From contig LSRY02000073.1 in assembly GCA_001643675.2 (NCBI GenBank), forward strand, positions 1 to 64,000: a DNA stretch of 64,000 nucleotides. The letters run 5' to 3'. Shown here in pieces: positions 1 to 11,700 of this stretch. Position 1 is the stretch's first letter; each line of letters opens with the position of its first letter. Origin of the DNA: Monocercomonoides exilis PA203 (taxonomy: Eukaryota > Protista > Preaxostyla). Below the pieces are notes generated by a model. The model was not told the origin of the DNA. It did not search any database and saw only the letters and a list, made by a program, of their open reading frames with translations. The translations under genes and the position numbers were made by a program.

Positions 1-2561
1 AGTGTGCACAGAAACAAACATCAGCAGCACTGCCACCAGCAACGCCGCGCTTGCCATCGAGCCAAGCACCACCATCGAAATCAGAGATCTCGCCATACAC
101 AACTCCACAGCAGATAATGCATTCATCGCGTGCGGCTGCCCCCAAACCCCAGGCGCCCAGCCTTCTCCAGATGAACCTGCCTCTCTGCTGAAGTTGGTCG
201 GGGTGGCTGTTGCCCATGCAACAACCAAGAGATGCGGCATTGACTGCACCTCGTGCACAGGAACCATCCTCCAGCACAACTGCTCTTTCACCAACTTCAC
301 TTCCACTTCCTCTTCCACTTCCTCTTCCACTTCCACACCCACATTTGCATCTGAATCTGAATCTGCATCTGCATCTGCAACAGGAACGATGGAGCACTTT
401 GCTAATTGTGCAAACATCCAGATCGAAGCATGCATCTTCCAAGGCACAGGTACCGCTGCCTCATGCACATCCAGCACATCCAACACAGCCAACACAGCCA
501 GAGAAGTTGCAGACAACGTGTGCACATGGAACGGGTCTCTTGTCCATTTCGCCGACTCATCAGTCGCAATCACAGATGCTGCATTCACCGCTGCGCCTCA
601 GGGCGCCCTCTCTTTCTGCCGCGTCTGCGCACATACGCAAGATCCTCTTCGCAAACAACACCCCATCCATCCCCAACTACCAGTCTGCCCGCCGCAACAT
701 CATCTGCTCAAATGCCTCCACCCTCCATCTCACAAGCATCGCCAGCGGAGACGGCCTCCTTCCAAACACTTCCCTCTGGATCCACACAACCGCATGCTCG
801 CTCCACGGCATCCCTGCTCAAAGAGCATCCTCGTTCTTCATCCCCACACTCACCAGCGCTGCCATCACCCATCACAACAACACCCACATCCAGATCCGCT
901 GCAACGGCTCCCTCCTTCTCCCTTGCAACCTCTCATACGCCCTCTTCTTCCTCCTCGGCGATCAACACGCTGTGGAGAAAGGCCTCTTCTCTCATGACGA
1001 TTATGTGAGCGAGAACGAGATCGCCAGCACCATCCCAGCAAATGCAATAGCTGATGCATCTGACAAGGCAGATGTGTTGGTTGCGCTGCAGTTCGGCAAC
1101 CCTCCAGTCCGTCTTTCACCGATGCCATTGTTGTGAAGAACAAAAGTGAAAGTCAGGCAAATGGAGATGAAAAACTTGTTGAAGAGGGAAAAGAAGAAAA
1201 ATCTTATTGGTTGTTGATTGTGATTGTGCTTGTTGCGATATTATTTATCGTGTTAATTGGCTTTATTATTTTTGTTGTTCGATGGAGAAAGCAAAAGAGA
1301 AGAACTGAAGAACTGGAAGAGATTGTGAATGACAACATCAAAAGGATCCGAAGGCATTCGAGATGGTGACGATGGAGATGTCTCCCGAGGAGCAGTGGAG
1401 GAGGGCAGAGAGGGAGGCTGAGAAGAAGAATGAAGAGAGGTTCAAGAAGAGGGTGTATGAGAAAAGCTTGGGACACTCAGAGTCATCAGAACATCTTCTC
1501 TCCGAGAGTGGATCAACTGAGTACATCCTGGGAAAGGACTCAGACAAGATTCCTGAATGGGTATTGGAGAAAGATGAGGAAGAGAAAATTCGAAAGCAGA
1601 CTCCTTCACCATCCATTTCATCCACTTCAACCACAGGCACTTCAGACACAGAATCCACATTTGTTCGAGGGGAGGATCTGTGTCCAACCACCTCATCGAT
1701 GTCGAATCTCGTGGATGCAATGGCTTGTTCGTCACCGCATGAGAAGCTGATTGTGGATCTGAGGGATTCGCTGTTCATGCTGCTGCACGGAAAGAATGAA
1801 GAAAGAGATGGCGATTGGCACTCTGCGGGAGAGGGAGCAGACAGCTGCCCAAATCCTGTTCTGGGTGGCTGGTGGGGCGCTCTTCTCCTTCGAAGACGGG
1901 GAGGACGATCTTCCCTCTCTGCCAAACCTCAGCCCCCACATTGTGCTGTTTTCAGAACACATGGTCATCTGCATCGCCATGCACTCTGAATGTTCTTCTT
2001 CCGATTCAGATTCATCTTCGATTTCATCATCCACGATTGTCACATCTTCGTCTGATGGCTCAAGAAGGAGCAAGAGATACACACGCTCTCCCCACCTTCG
2101 TCAGCGTTTGAGGATGATGAAGACAACAGAAACGAGTGTTTGCGATGGAAGGCACCAGAACTACAAATCAACAAGAAGATGGGGCAAAAAAGGCTTCTGT
2201 TTCGTTTTCCATTGGGATGATGCTGTGGGAGTGTGTGACGCTCCAGATCCCGTTTGGTGAGTACGAGGCCGAGACTGCCGGCCAGAAGATAGCAAATGGC
2301 GAAAAGCCAGATCTGGGCGCGGCAGGCTGCTCCGCCTTCGCCCAAACCATCAACGCCTGCCTATCCCAAAATCCAGATGCCCGCCCCAGCCCTGCCCAGC
2401 TCCAGCGCCAGTTCATCCAGCACTTTCCCGGTGGCGCTCCCAGCCTCACAGCTTCCGATGCCCTCTATTGTTACCACCCCTTGCACCTCAACTGCTCCTC
2501 CGATCAATCTGCCTCCTATTCCGCAACAACCTTCACCGAAGATCCCGCTGCCCCCTCCTGA
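1..2561 (+). pseudogene. 3' part of a second copy of the receptor/pseudokinase gene at 6184-14298; frameshifted, possibly by consensus errors; 5' part lies outside the window
   Basis: ORF pieces 2-997, 210-1136, 1133-1369, 1363-1989, 1796-2260 and 2136-2561 together reproduce the last ~855 aa of the 2704-aa protein. The breaks are 1-2 nt deletions in homopolymer or dinucleotide runs near 610, 1100, 1341, 1798, 2090 and 2181. Confidence 0.85.
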
Positions 2562-3572
2562 TCCTTCTCCGAGCAGCTGAACATGCCCTGTCTTTTTCCA
2601 TCCAGCTCTCCCCAGCCCTTCCACATCCCAATGACTGGCTTGGAAGCTGGCAAGCGAAAAAAGTCACATCTGCAGCTCAAATAAAGCGGAAATGACGCAG
2701 GCAAGATAGATGCTCACAAATGACGATAGCGCAGACTGCATCTCATTCTGTGCCTCTTGTCAAACGCAACAGTTGTTTTATTAATTTATTAATTGTTTGT
2801 CTTTTTTGGGAATACTTCCATATGTTTTCTGTTATCTGTTTTCCGTTTTCATTTTGCCAGCTCCGATTTTGTTGTTATTATGAGGACCAGGCTCGCCAAG
2901 CTGCGGCCGTGTAGCTTTTTGCATCCTTCCATTTTGTGTTTGTTTGTTTGTTTGTTTTGTACTCGCTTTGTATTCGGCGTTTTTCTTCATTCACAGATGT
3001 TGTGGTTTTCAAGCCATTTTCATCCCCATTTCATTGTCCTGTTCCCATCCATGTGCGCTCTTCACATCACTTCCGTTGGCGCTCTCTCTCTCTCTCTCTC
3101 TCTAAAATAAACAAATCAGGGCATTTGCACTTCCATGTGGTAAAAACACACAAACAGGTGCCAAAAAGAAAAAAGCAAAAATTGTGTTTCTGCCACAATT
3201 CTCTGTCTTTCTGAGAAAAAGAAAAGCAAACGAATAAAATGCGAATTTTTCTATCAATAAAAACGATTGAGTGCACACCATTCTCTTCAGCCGAGAAAAT
3301 GTCAAAGCGCTCGCTCAGCAAGAACACTCACTTTGTGTGCTTGCCCAGGAAGCAACACGAAAACGGAAACAGCACCAAACTCAATTTAGAAAGAGCCATG
3401 TTAGCCTTGCAACATAAAGAATAACAATATCACAAACAGATGCATCGGATGATTCACAAATGAAAAGAAAAGAAAAAGAAAAAGCTTTAAAAAAATGAAT
3501 GAATAAATAAATAAATAAATAAATAAAGAGGACAAAATCCAAATCACACATCTAACCAACACTCAAAAGCAC
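1..3572. repeat. Left arm of a long inverted duplication (pairs with 5170-8752)
   Basis: Position 1 (agtgtgcaca...) is the reverse complement of 8752. Near-identity runs through the CDS and 3' flank to ~3572; degenerate homology continues to ~3675. Confidence 0.97.
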
Positions 3573-5169
3573 AAATACTTTCACTGACATTTCAAAAACA
3601 AAAGCACTTGATCAATCAACAACAATAAAAGTAAAGCAAGCAATTGCTACAACAGAACAATCCAGAAAAACAAATAATTCGTTGTTGTTGATGTATTTAT
3701 TGATTCTTTAACCTTTTCTTTTCGCTCCTTGTTTGCAAAATGAATTAATGATATGCAAATTGAATCTTAAAAAGTGAATCAATATTGTTTTTGGTTCCAT
3801 CTAATTCTACTCAGTTATCTTTTCGTAGTATCTTTATTTCCAGTCGCTCCTTCCATTTCCTTTCCCGCTTCACCTTTATTGCTTCTGAAATTTCTTCTTT
3901 GTTTTTCTTCAATCAACTTCTTTTTCCTCTCTCCTTTAAGCACTCACACATTTAATGAGGGTGTGTGAAAATCACTGGGAAAATTTTCAATTTCTTTTTG
4001 TCTTGCCTTTTCAGTCATTCTTTCATCCATCTTTGTTTTTCATCATTTTCACCTTGTTCTTCAATTTTTGAATAACTCCATTGGATGCTATTCAGATTAC
4101 TAATTGTTTCATTTATTGGAGCGTTATCCAATGATTTGTCCTGCTTGTTTCAAGCCATTGCTCAATTTCAATAATGTGCTTCACCTCCTTTTCTGGTTTT
4201 TCAAAAGCATGCTTTCTTCGCCTTTCCCTGTTTCTTTTTGCTTTTGCCAATTGGTTCTTATTTATTGTTGTGCATCTCCAAATGACTCTTCGAATATTGC
4301 TGTTTTTTCATTTGTTGAAAAATCAGCTTTTAGTATGGGAGCATTTATGAAAAAAACAAAAAAGGAATTTTGAGATTGAATCAGAAATTCTTTCGACTAA
4401 CTCACGTTGAGTCAATAAATAATGTTCATATTTTGTTGTTCAAGTTAAATGACAAAAAAGTAGTTATTCATTGAAGAAATGAAATGAGCTTTGTTGAAAG
4501 ATATTCGTTCAAATCGATAAAATTACAAATCAAAACCCACGAGGAATTGAGCAATTACATCGCTTTTGCTGATAAAATCCAAATGGGGAAAATGGAAAAC
4601 TGTCAACTCATTTTATCTGTTGAATTTGTTGCAAAAAAGCGAAACATATGAAATCGATCTTTCACGAGGAAAAAGCCATTGGAAAGATAAATAATTGGTG
4701 CAAAAAAACTATAATTTTGCATTAAATGCTTTGTGATGGAATGTTTTCACATGAACGCAGTGGATGCTCCTTCTGCTACAGATTTTTGTGAAATAAACCC
4801 ACCAAATAATATTGATTTTGCAGATTGAAATTCATCCGAGAAAGATGTAACCGAATGAAGCACTACATTTGAAGAGGCTTCGTTGATTGTCCATTTTGCC
4901 TGAAACTGTTTGTTTTCATTTTAAACTTTTTTTAACACTTTTTTGTGAGAATGATATTTCCACTTTCTGGTTTCATGAAGCATATAAACAAGCAATATTT
5001 CAACATTTTGAAGAGAATTTTCAGAAGAACAAAAATTATTTTTTATTGATTTATCAAATATGTGTGTATTGATTTTTCTGGTTTGCTCTGTTATGACAGT
5101 TGCTTTTTTGTTTTTTGTTGTTGCTAATTATCCATCAAACCGGTTTTTGAAATGTCTGTGGGGTTATCT

Positions 5170-8100
5170 GTGCTTTTTGAGTGTTGGTTAGATGTGTGAT
5201 TTGGATTTTGTCCTCTTTATTTATTTATTTATTTATTTATTCATTCATTTTTTTAAAGCTTTTTCTTTTTCTTTTCTTTTCATTTGTGAATCATCCGATG
5301 CATCTGTTTGTGATATTGTTATTCTTTATGTTGCAAGGCTAACATGGCTCTTTCTAAATTGAGTTTGGTGCTGTTTCCGTTTTCGTGTTGCTTCCTGGGC
5401 AAGCACACAAAGTGAGTGTTCTTGCTGAGCGAGCGCTTTGACATTTTCTCGGCTGAAGAGAATGGTGTGCACTCAATCGTTTTTATTGATAGAAAAATTC
5501 GCATTTTATTCGTTTGCTTTTCTTTTTCTCAGAAAGACAGAGAATTGTGGCAGAAACACAATTTTTGCTTTTTTCTTTTTGGCACCTGTTTGTGTGTTTT
5601 TACCACATGGAAGTGCAAATGCCCTGATTTGTTTATTTTAGAGAGAGAGAGAGAGAGAGAGCGCCAACGGAAGTGATGTGAAGAGCGCACATGGATGGGA
5701 ACAGGACAATGAAATGGGGATGAAAATGGCTTGAAAACCACAACATCTGTGAATGAAGAAAAACGCCGAATACAAAGCGAGTACAAAACAAACAAACAAA
5801 CAAACACAAAATGGAAGGATGCAAAAAGCTACACGGCCGCAGCTTGGCGAGCCTGGTCCTCATAATAACAACAAAATCGGAGCTGGCAAAATGAAAACGG
5901 AAAACAGATAACAGAAAACATATTTAAGTATTCCCAAAAAAAAGACAAACAATTAATAAATTAATAAAACAACTGTTGCGTTTGACAAGAGGCACAGAAT
6001 GAGATGCAGTCTGCGCTATCGTCATTTGTGAGCATCTATCTTGCCTGCGTCATTTCCGCTTTATTTGAGCTGCAGATGTGACTTTTTCGCTTGCCAGCTT
6101 CCAAGCCAGTCATTGGGATGTGGAAGGGCTGGGGGAGAGCTGGATGGAAAAAGACAGGGCATGTTCAGCTGCTCGGAGAAGGATCAGGAGGGGGCAGCGG
6201 GATCTTCGGTGAAGGTTGTTGCGGAATAGGAGGCAGATTGATCGGAGGAGCAGTTGAGGTGCAAGGGGTGGTAACAATAGAGGGCATCGGAAGCTGTGAG
6301 GCTGGGAGCGCCACCGGGAAAGTGCTGGATGAACTGGCGCTGGAGCTGGGCAGGGCTGGGGCGGGCATCTGGATTTTGGGATAGGCAGGCGTTGATGGTT
6401 TGGGCGAAGGCGGAGCAGCCTGCCGCGCCCAGATCTGGCTTTTCGCCATTTGCTATCTTCTGGCCGGCAGTCTCGGCCTCGTACTCACCAAACGGGATCT
6501 GGAGCGTCACACACTCCCACAGCATCATCCCAATGGAAAACGAAACAGAAGCCTTTTTTGCCCCCATCTTCTTGTTGATTTGTAGTTCTGGTGCCTTCCA
6601 TCGCAAACACTCGTTTCTGTTGTCTTCATCATCCTCAAACGCTGACGAAGGTGGGGGAGAGCGTGTGTATCTCTTGCTCCTTCTTGAGCCATCAGACGAA
6701 GATGTGACAATCGTGGATGATGAAATCGAAGATGAATCTGAATCGGAAGAAGAACATTCAGAGTGCATGGCGATGCAGATGACCATGTGTTCTGAAAACA
6801 GCACAATGTGGGGGCTGAGGTTTGGCAGAGAGGGAAGATCGTCCTCCCCGTCTTCGAAGGAGAAGAGCGCCCCACCAGCCACCCAGAACAGGATTTGGGC
6901 AGCTGTCTGCTCCCTCTCCCGCAGAGTGCCAATCGCCATCTCTTTCTTCTCATTCTTTCCGTGCAGCAGCATGAACAGCGAATCCCTCAGATCCACAATC
7001 AGCTTCTCATGCGGTGACGAACAAGCCATTGCATCCACGAGATTCGACATCGATGAGGTGGTTGGACACAGATCCTCCCCTCGAACAAATGTGGATTCTG
7101 TGTCTGAAGTGCCTGTGGTTGAAGTGGATGAAATGGATGGTGAAGGAGTCTGCTTTCGAATTTTCTCTTCCTCATCTTTCTCCAATACCCATTCAGGAAT
7201 CTTGTCTGAGTCCTTTCCCAGGATGTACTCAGTTGATCCACTCTCGGAGAGAAGATGTTCTGATGACTCTGAGTGTCCCAAGCTTTTCTCATACACCCTC
7301 TTCTTGAACCTCTCTTCATTCTTCTTCTCAGCCTCCCTCTCTGCCCTCCTCCACTGCTCCTCGGGAGACATCTCCATCGTCACCATCTCGAATGCCTTCG
7401 GATCCTTTTTGATGTTGTCATTCACAATCTCTTCCAGTTCTTCAGTTCTTCTCTTTTGCTTTCTCCATCGAACAACAAAAATAATAAAGCCAATTAACAC
7501 GATAAATAATATCGCAACAAGCACAATCACAATCAACAACCAATAAGATTTTTCTTCTTTTCCCTCTTCAACAAGTTTTTCATCTCCATTTGCCTGACTT
7601 TCACTTTTGTTCTTCACAACAATGGCATCGGTGAAAGACGGACTGGAGGGGTTGCCGAACTGCAGCGCAACCAACACATCTGCCTTGTCAGATGCATCAG
7701 CTATTGCATTTGCTGGGATGGTGCTGGCGATCTCGTTCTCGCTCACATAATCGTCATGAGAGAAGAGGCCTTTCTCCACAGCGTGTTGATCGCCGAGGAG
7801 GAAGAAGAGGGCGTATGAGAGGTTGCAAGGGAGAAGGAGGGAGCCGTTGCAGCGGATCTGGATGTGGGTGTTGTTGTGATGGGTGATGGCAGCGCTGGTG
7901 AGTGTGGGGATGAAGAACGAGGATGCTCTTTGAGCAGGGATGCCGTGGAGCGAGCATGCGGTTGTGTGGATCCAGAGGGAAGTGTTTGGAAGGAGGCCGT
8001 CTCCGCTGGCGATGCTTGTGAGATGGAGGGTGGAGGCATTTGAGCAGATGATGTTGCGGCGGGCAGACTGGTAGTTGGGGATGGATGGGGTGTTGTTTGC

Positions 8101-8752
8101 GAAGAGGATCTTGCGTATGTGCGCAGACGCGGCAGAAAGAGAGAGGGCGCCCTGAGGCGCAGCGGTGAATGCAGCATCTGTGATTGCGACTGATGAGTCG
8201 GCGAAATGGACAAGAGACCCGTTCCATGTGCACACGTTGTCTGCAACTTCTCTGGCTGTGTTGGCTGTGTTGGATGTGCTGGATGTGCATGAGGCAGCGG
8301 TACCTGTGCCTTGGAAGATGCATGCTTCGATCTGGATGTTTGCACAATTAGCAAAGTGCTCCATCGTTCCTGTTGCAGATGCAGATGCAGATTCAGATTC
8401 AGATGCAAATGTGGGTGTGGAAGTGGAAGAGGAAGTGGAAGAGGAAGTGGAAGTGAAGTTGGTGAAAGAGCAGTTGTGCTGGAGGATGGTTCCTGTGCAC
8501 GAGGTGCAGTCAATGCCGCATCTCTTGGTTGTTGCATGGGCAACAGCCACCCCGACCAGCTTCAGCAGAGAGGCAGGTTCATCTGGAGAAGGCTGGGCGC
8601 CTGGGGTTTGGGGGCAGCCGCACGCGATGAATGCATTATCTGCTGTGGAGTTGTGTATGGCGAGATCTCTGATTTCGATGGTGGTGCTTGGCTCGATGGC
8701 AAGCGCGGCGTTGCTGGTGGCAGTGCTGCTGATGTTTGTTTCTGTGCACACT
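5170..8752. repeat. Right arm of the long inverted duplication
   Basis: Reverse complement of 1-3572; mirrored ORFs such as 3239-3424(+) and 5319-5504(-) are identical. Confidence 0.97.
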
Positions 8753-11700
8753 GCAACAGCTGAGCTGCAGAAGAGGAGGAGATTGCGAGTTGTGGCGATT
8801 GAATGGAGGGCGGCTTTCCTCATCTCGAACACCCCGCTTGCCACAGAGATGAGTGTGGAGTTGAGGAGAGCTTCAGTTCCGGCAGATGTGAATGTGCATG
8901 AAACGACGAGCAAGCTGCCGTTGAGCTGGCGAAAGACAGAGTCGAGCTCGGATGCAAAGCCGGAGCCGATGGAGAAGTGGCAGCTGTCGAGCGAGCAATC
9001 GTTTGCAAAAGCGACGACAGCGTGGTGGGTTTGCTCGATTGGGATTGGAGTCTGGAGATGGACCAGGCAGATCAGCTTTGTTGCTGAGCGGAGGGTGAGG
9101 TCGGCGAGTGTTGTCTGGCGGGCGAAGGCGGAATCGGTGTGGACAACGACCATGTTCCAAGTGCCGCTGTCGATGTGGCGGATGCTGTTGTCGATGGTTC
9201 TGCACATGTTTGAGGTGGAGCCGCACTGGCGCGAGTCAGTTCCGAGGAGGCAGGCGTGGATCTGGCCGGCCTTGAAGAAGGTGATGAGCGGGATGAGATC
9301 GAGAAGGGTGCTGTCGGTGAATGTGGAGCCGCAGATGGAGTTGTTTGTCTGGAGAGAGGGCTGGGTGAAGTCGAGTGTGAATTGGGTTTCGTTGATCTGT
9401 GTGGCGACGTGGTCGGACCGGATGAAGATGTCTTTGCCTGCAAAGGCGTCGTTCAAGATGAAGCGGTCGTTGAGGATGCGGAGCGGGATGGGGTGGAGGA
9501 GGTCATCAGGAGCTGGGGGTGAAGATTGAGAATAAGATTGAGAATGGGATTGGTGCAGGGATTGGGGCAGGGATTGGGGCTGGGTGCAGTCGATCATGAG
9601 AGCACCGCCTTTGCCCTTTGTGCGCGAGCACACACACTGAGTGAGCACACACGAAGCCACTTTCAGAGAGGATTCGGTGGAGCTGAGGCACACACGCACC
9701 GCGCCTCCTTCGTCGATGGTTTCTCCCACGCAGTTTGTGCAGAAGCAGGAGTCGAGCACACAGTCGATGCTCTGATACGAAGGGAGGGCAAAGACAGTTG
9801 AGTGATTGGCGCGGGCAGTGATGTTTGTGAAGTTGGAGTCTGCGATTGTGAAGGTCAACTGGCTGTTTGTGGGGCTGTATGTCTGCTTGGATGCGTCTTC
9901 AGCGGGTGCAGCGACCTCGATTATCCCTGCTGGCGAGGCATCCACCATGCAGGCGGACAAGTTCTGCACAGCTGCTTGGGATGCGGTTGCAGCGACAAGG
10001 AAAAAGGGATGGGCGAGAGTGATTGCAGAGACGCAGCAGTTGGCGATGTCGGCTGATCCGGCAAGCACAGACACAACAGCATAGCTGGTTGGAGAGGAAG
10101 GGGCTGTGGATGCAAAGGAGCAGGCAGAGAGGGAGAGGCGGGCAGAAGATGTGGCGGTTTGGAGAAAAGAGAGGATGCTGTGAAGCGAGGGTGGAAGAGA
10201 GAAGGAGAGGTTGGCGAGGCGGAGGAGGATGGAGGAGGCGAGGAAGGCTTTGTTGCTGCCTTGAAGGGCTGGCTCGTGCACTGCGACTGGTGTGCCATGG
10301 AGGTTGCCATTTATTAGGAGTTGTGGATTGTGGTGTGTAGCAGAAGGCTGGAGGTGGAGGAGGATGGAGAAGGTGGTGCTGTGTGTGACTGTGATTGTGG
10401 AGGCAGAGGATGGAAGGTCGGGGACAAACCGGAGCTGGAGAGCCTTGCTGATGGATCTGCAAGGTGCGACGTCAAAGCCGCAAGCGCTGAAGTCCCATCC
10501 GTCAGCGCCGTCGACATAGGCATGGGCAGAGAAGTTGGTCCAGAGGTACACAACGAGCGGCACAGCATAGTGCTCGCCGCATGTTGCTCTTTCCCAGCCG
10601 TTGAGCTGGTGCAGCGACTGGAAGGCTGGCCCGTCCATGTCCCATTTCAGGTGGAGCGTGTCGGCCACGCTGTCCAGCATCTGTCCGGCAACAAACAGGC
10701 TTTTCCCTCTCCAGGCGCGGCACTCGTCGAAGGTCATGTTTTGGAGCACAAAATCCATCGAGCCTTCGCCTCCCTCGATGAACATTCCACCCCCAAGCCC
10801 TCTTTCTTCGGTGTCCTCGTTTTCTGCATCGATCTCGATCTCGGCATCAGTCTCATCATCGGCATCGGTATCCGCCTCGGGTGCGGAGCTCGGTGCTGAA
10901 CACTGTGTGAATGTGACTCCAGTCATGGTGAGCTTCCTGCCGTTCTCCACAGATGCATACAGACCGCCGCCTTTGAGGGTGTGTGCGCGGATGCAGCAGG
11001 ATGATATGGTGCAATTGGACAGGTGCATTGTTGTGCCTTGCTGGGTGTGCTTTTCCGCGATCAGGCACCCGCCGTCTCCATTTGCCCGTCTCGGCCGTGC
11101 TATTATGGTGCTGTTGATGGTGATGCTGTGTGCACCCGATATCAGGATCGGGGTGAAGGTGCTGAACTCGGCGTGTGTGCTGATTTGTGTGTTGGTGATG
11201 GTTGCGCTTCCCGATGCAAGGCGCATGATGTAGAAGATGACTGGGTGGGATGGAGCACTGTGAAAGTCTATGCAGCAATGGTCGAGCGTGAAGGCTGCAA
11301 GCGAGTGGATGAAGCCGTGTCGGCCGGTGCTCATGGCAGTGGGGAGCAAAAAGCAGATGCTGGATGCGCTCATCTCAGCGGAAGCAGTGACAATGGCTTT
11401 GTTTGAGCACTGGCCTGCATCATGCACGTGCACAGCCTGGAGATGTGCTGTTGCAGAGGAGAGCAGGAAGGGGAATGTTTCGATTGTGATCTCGGAAGCG
11501 AGTGTGGAGTTTGCAGCAAGAAGAATGGTGGTGGATGCAGAGGTGATTCTGTTGGATGCTGCGAAGTGGACGGTCTCGCAGGCAAACACAGATGGGCCGC
11601 AGTGCAAATGATCTGTCCCGGCGAGTCCGTCGACATAGATGTTGTTGTCGTGGTGGCAGAGATATATCTCGAGCGGGATGACAGGCTGGTCTGCACCATC

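Noticed and set aside
2561-6184. Many short ORFs in the 3' flanks and spacer
   Set aside because: Mostly AT-rich non-coding flank; those in the arms recur in mirror image only because of the inverted duplication.
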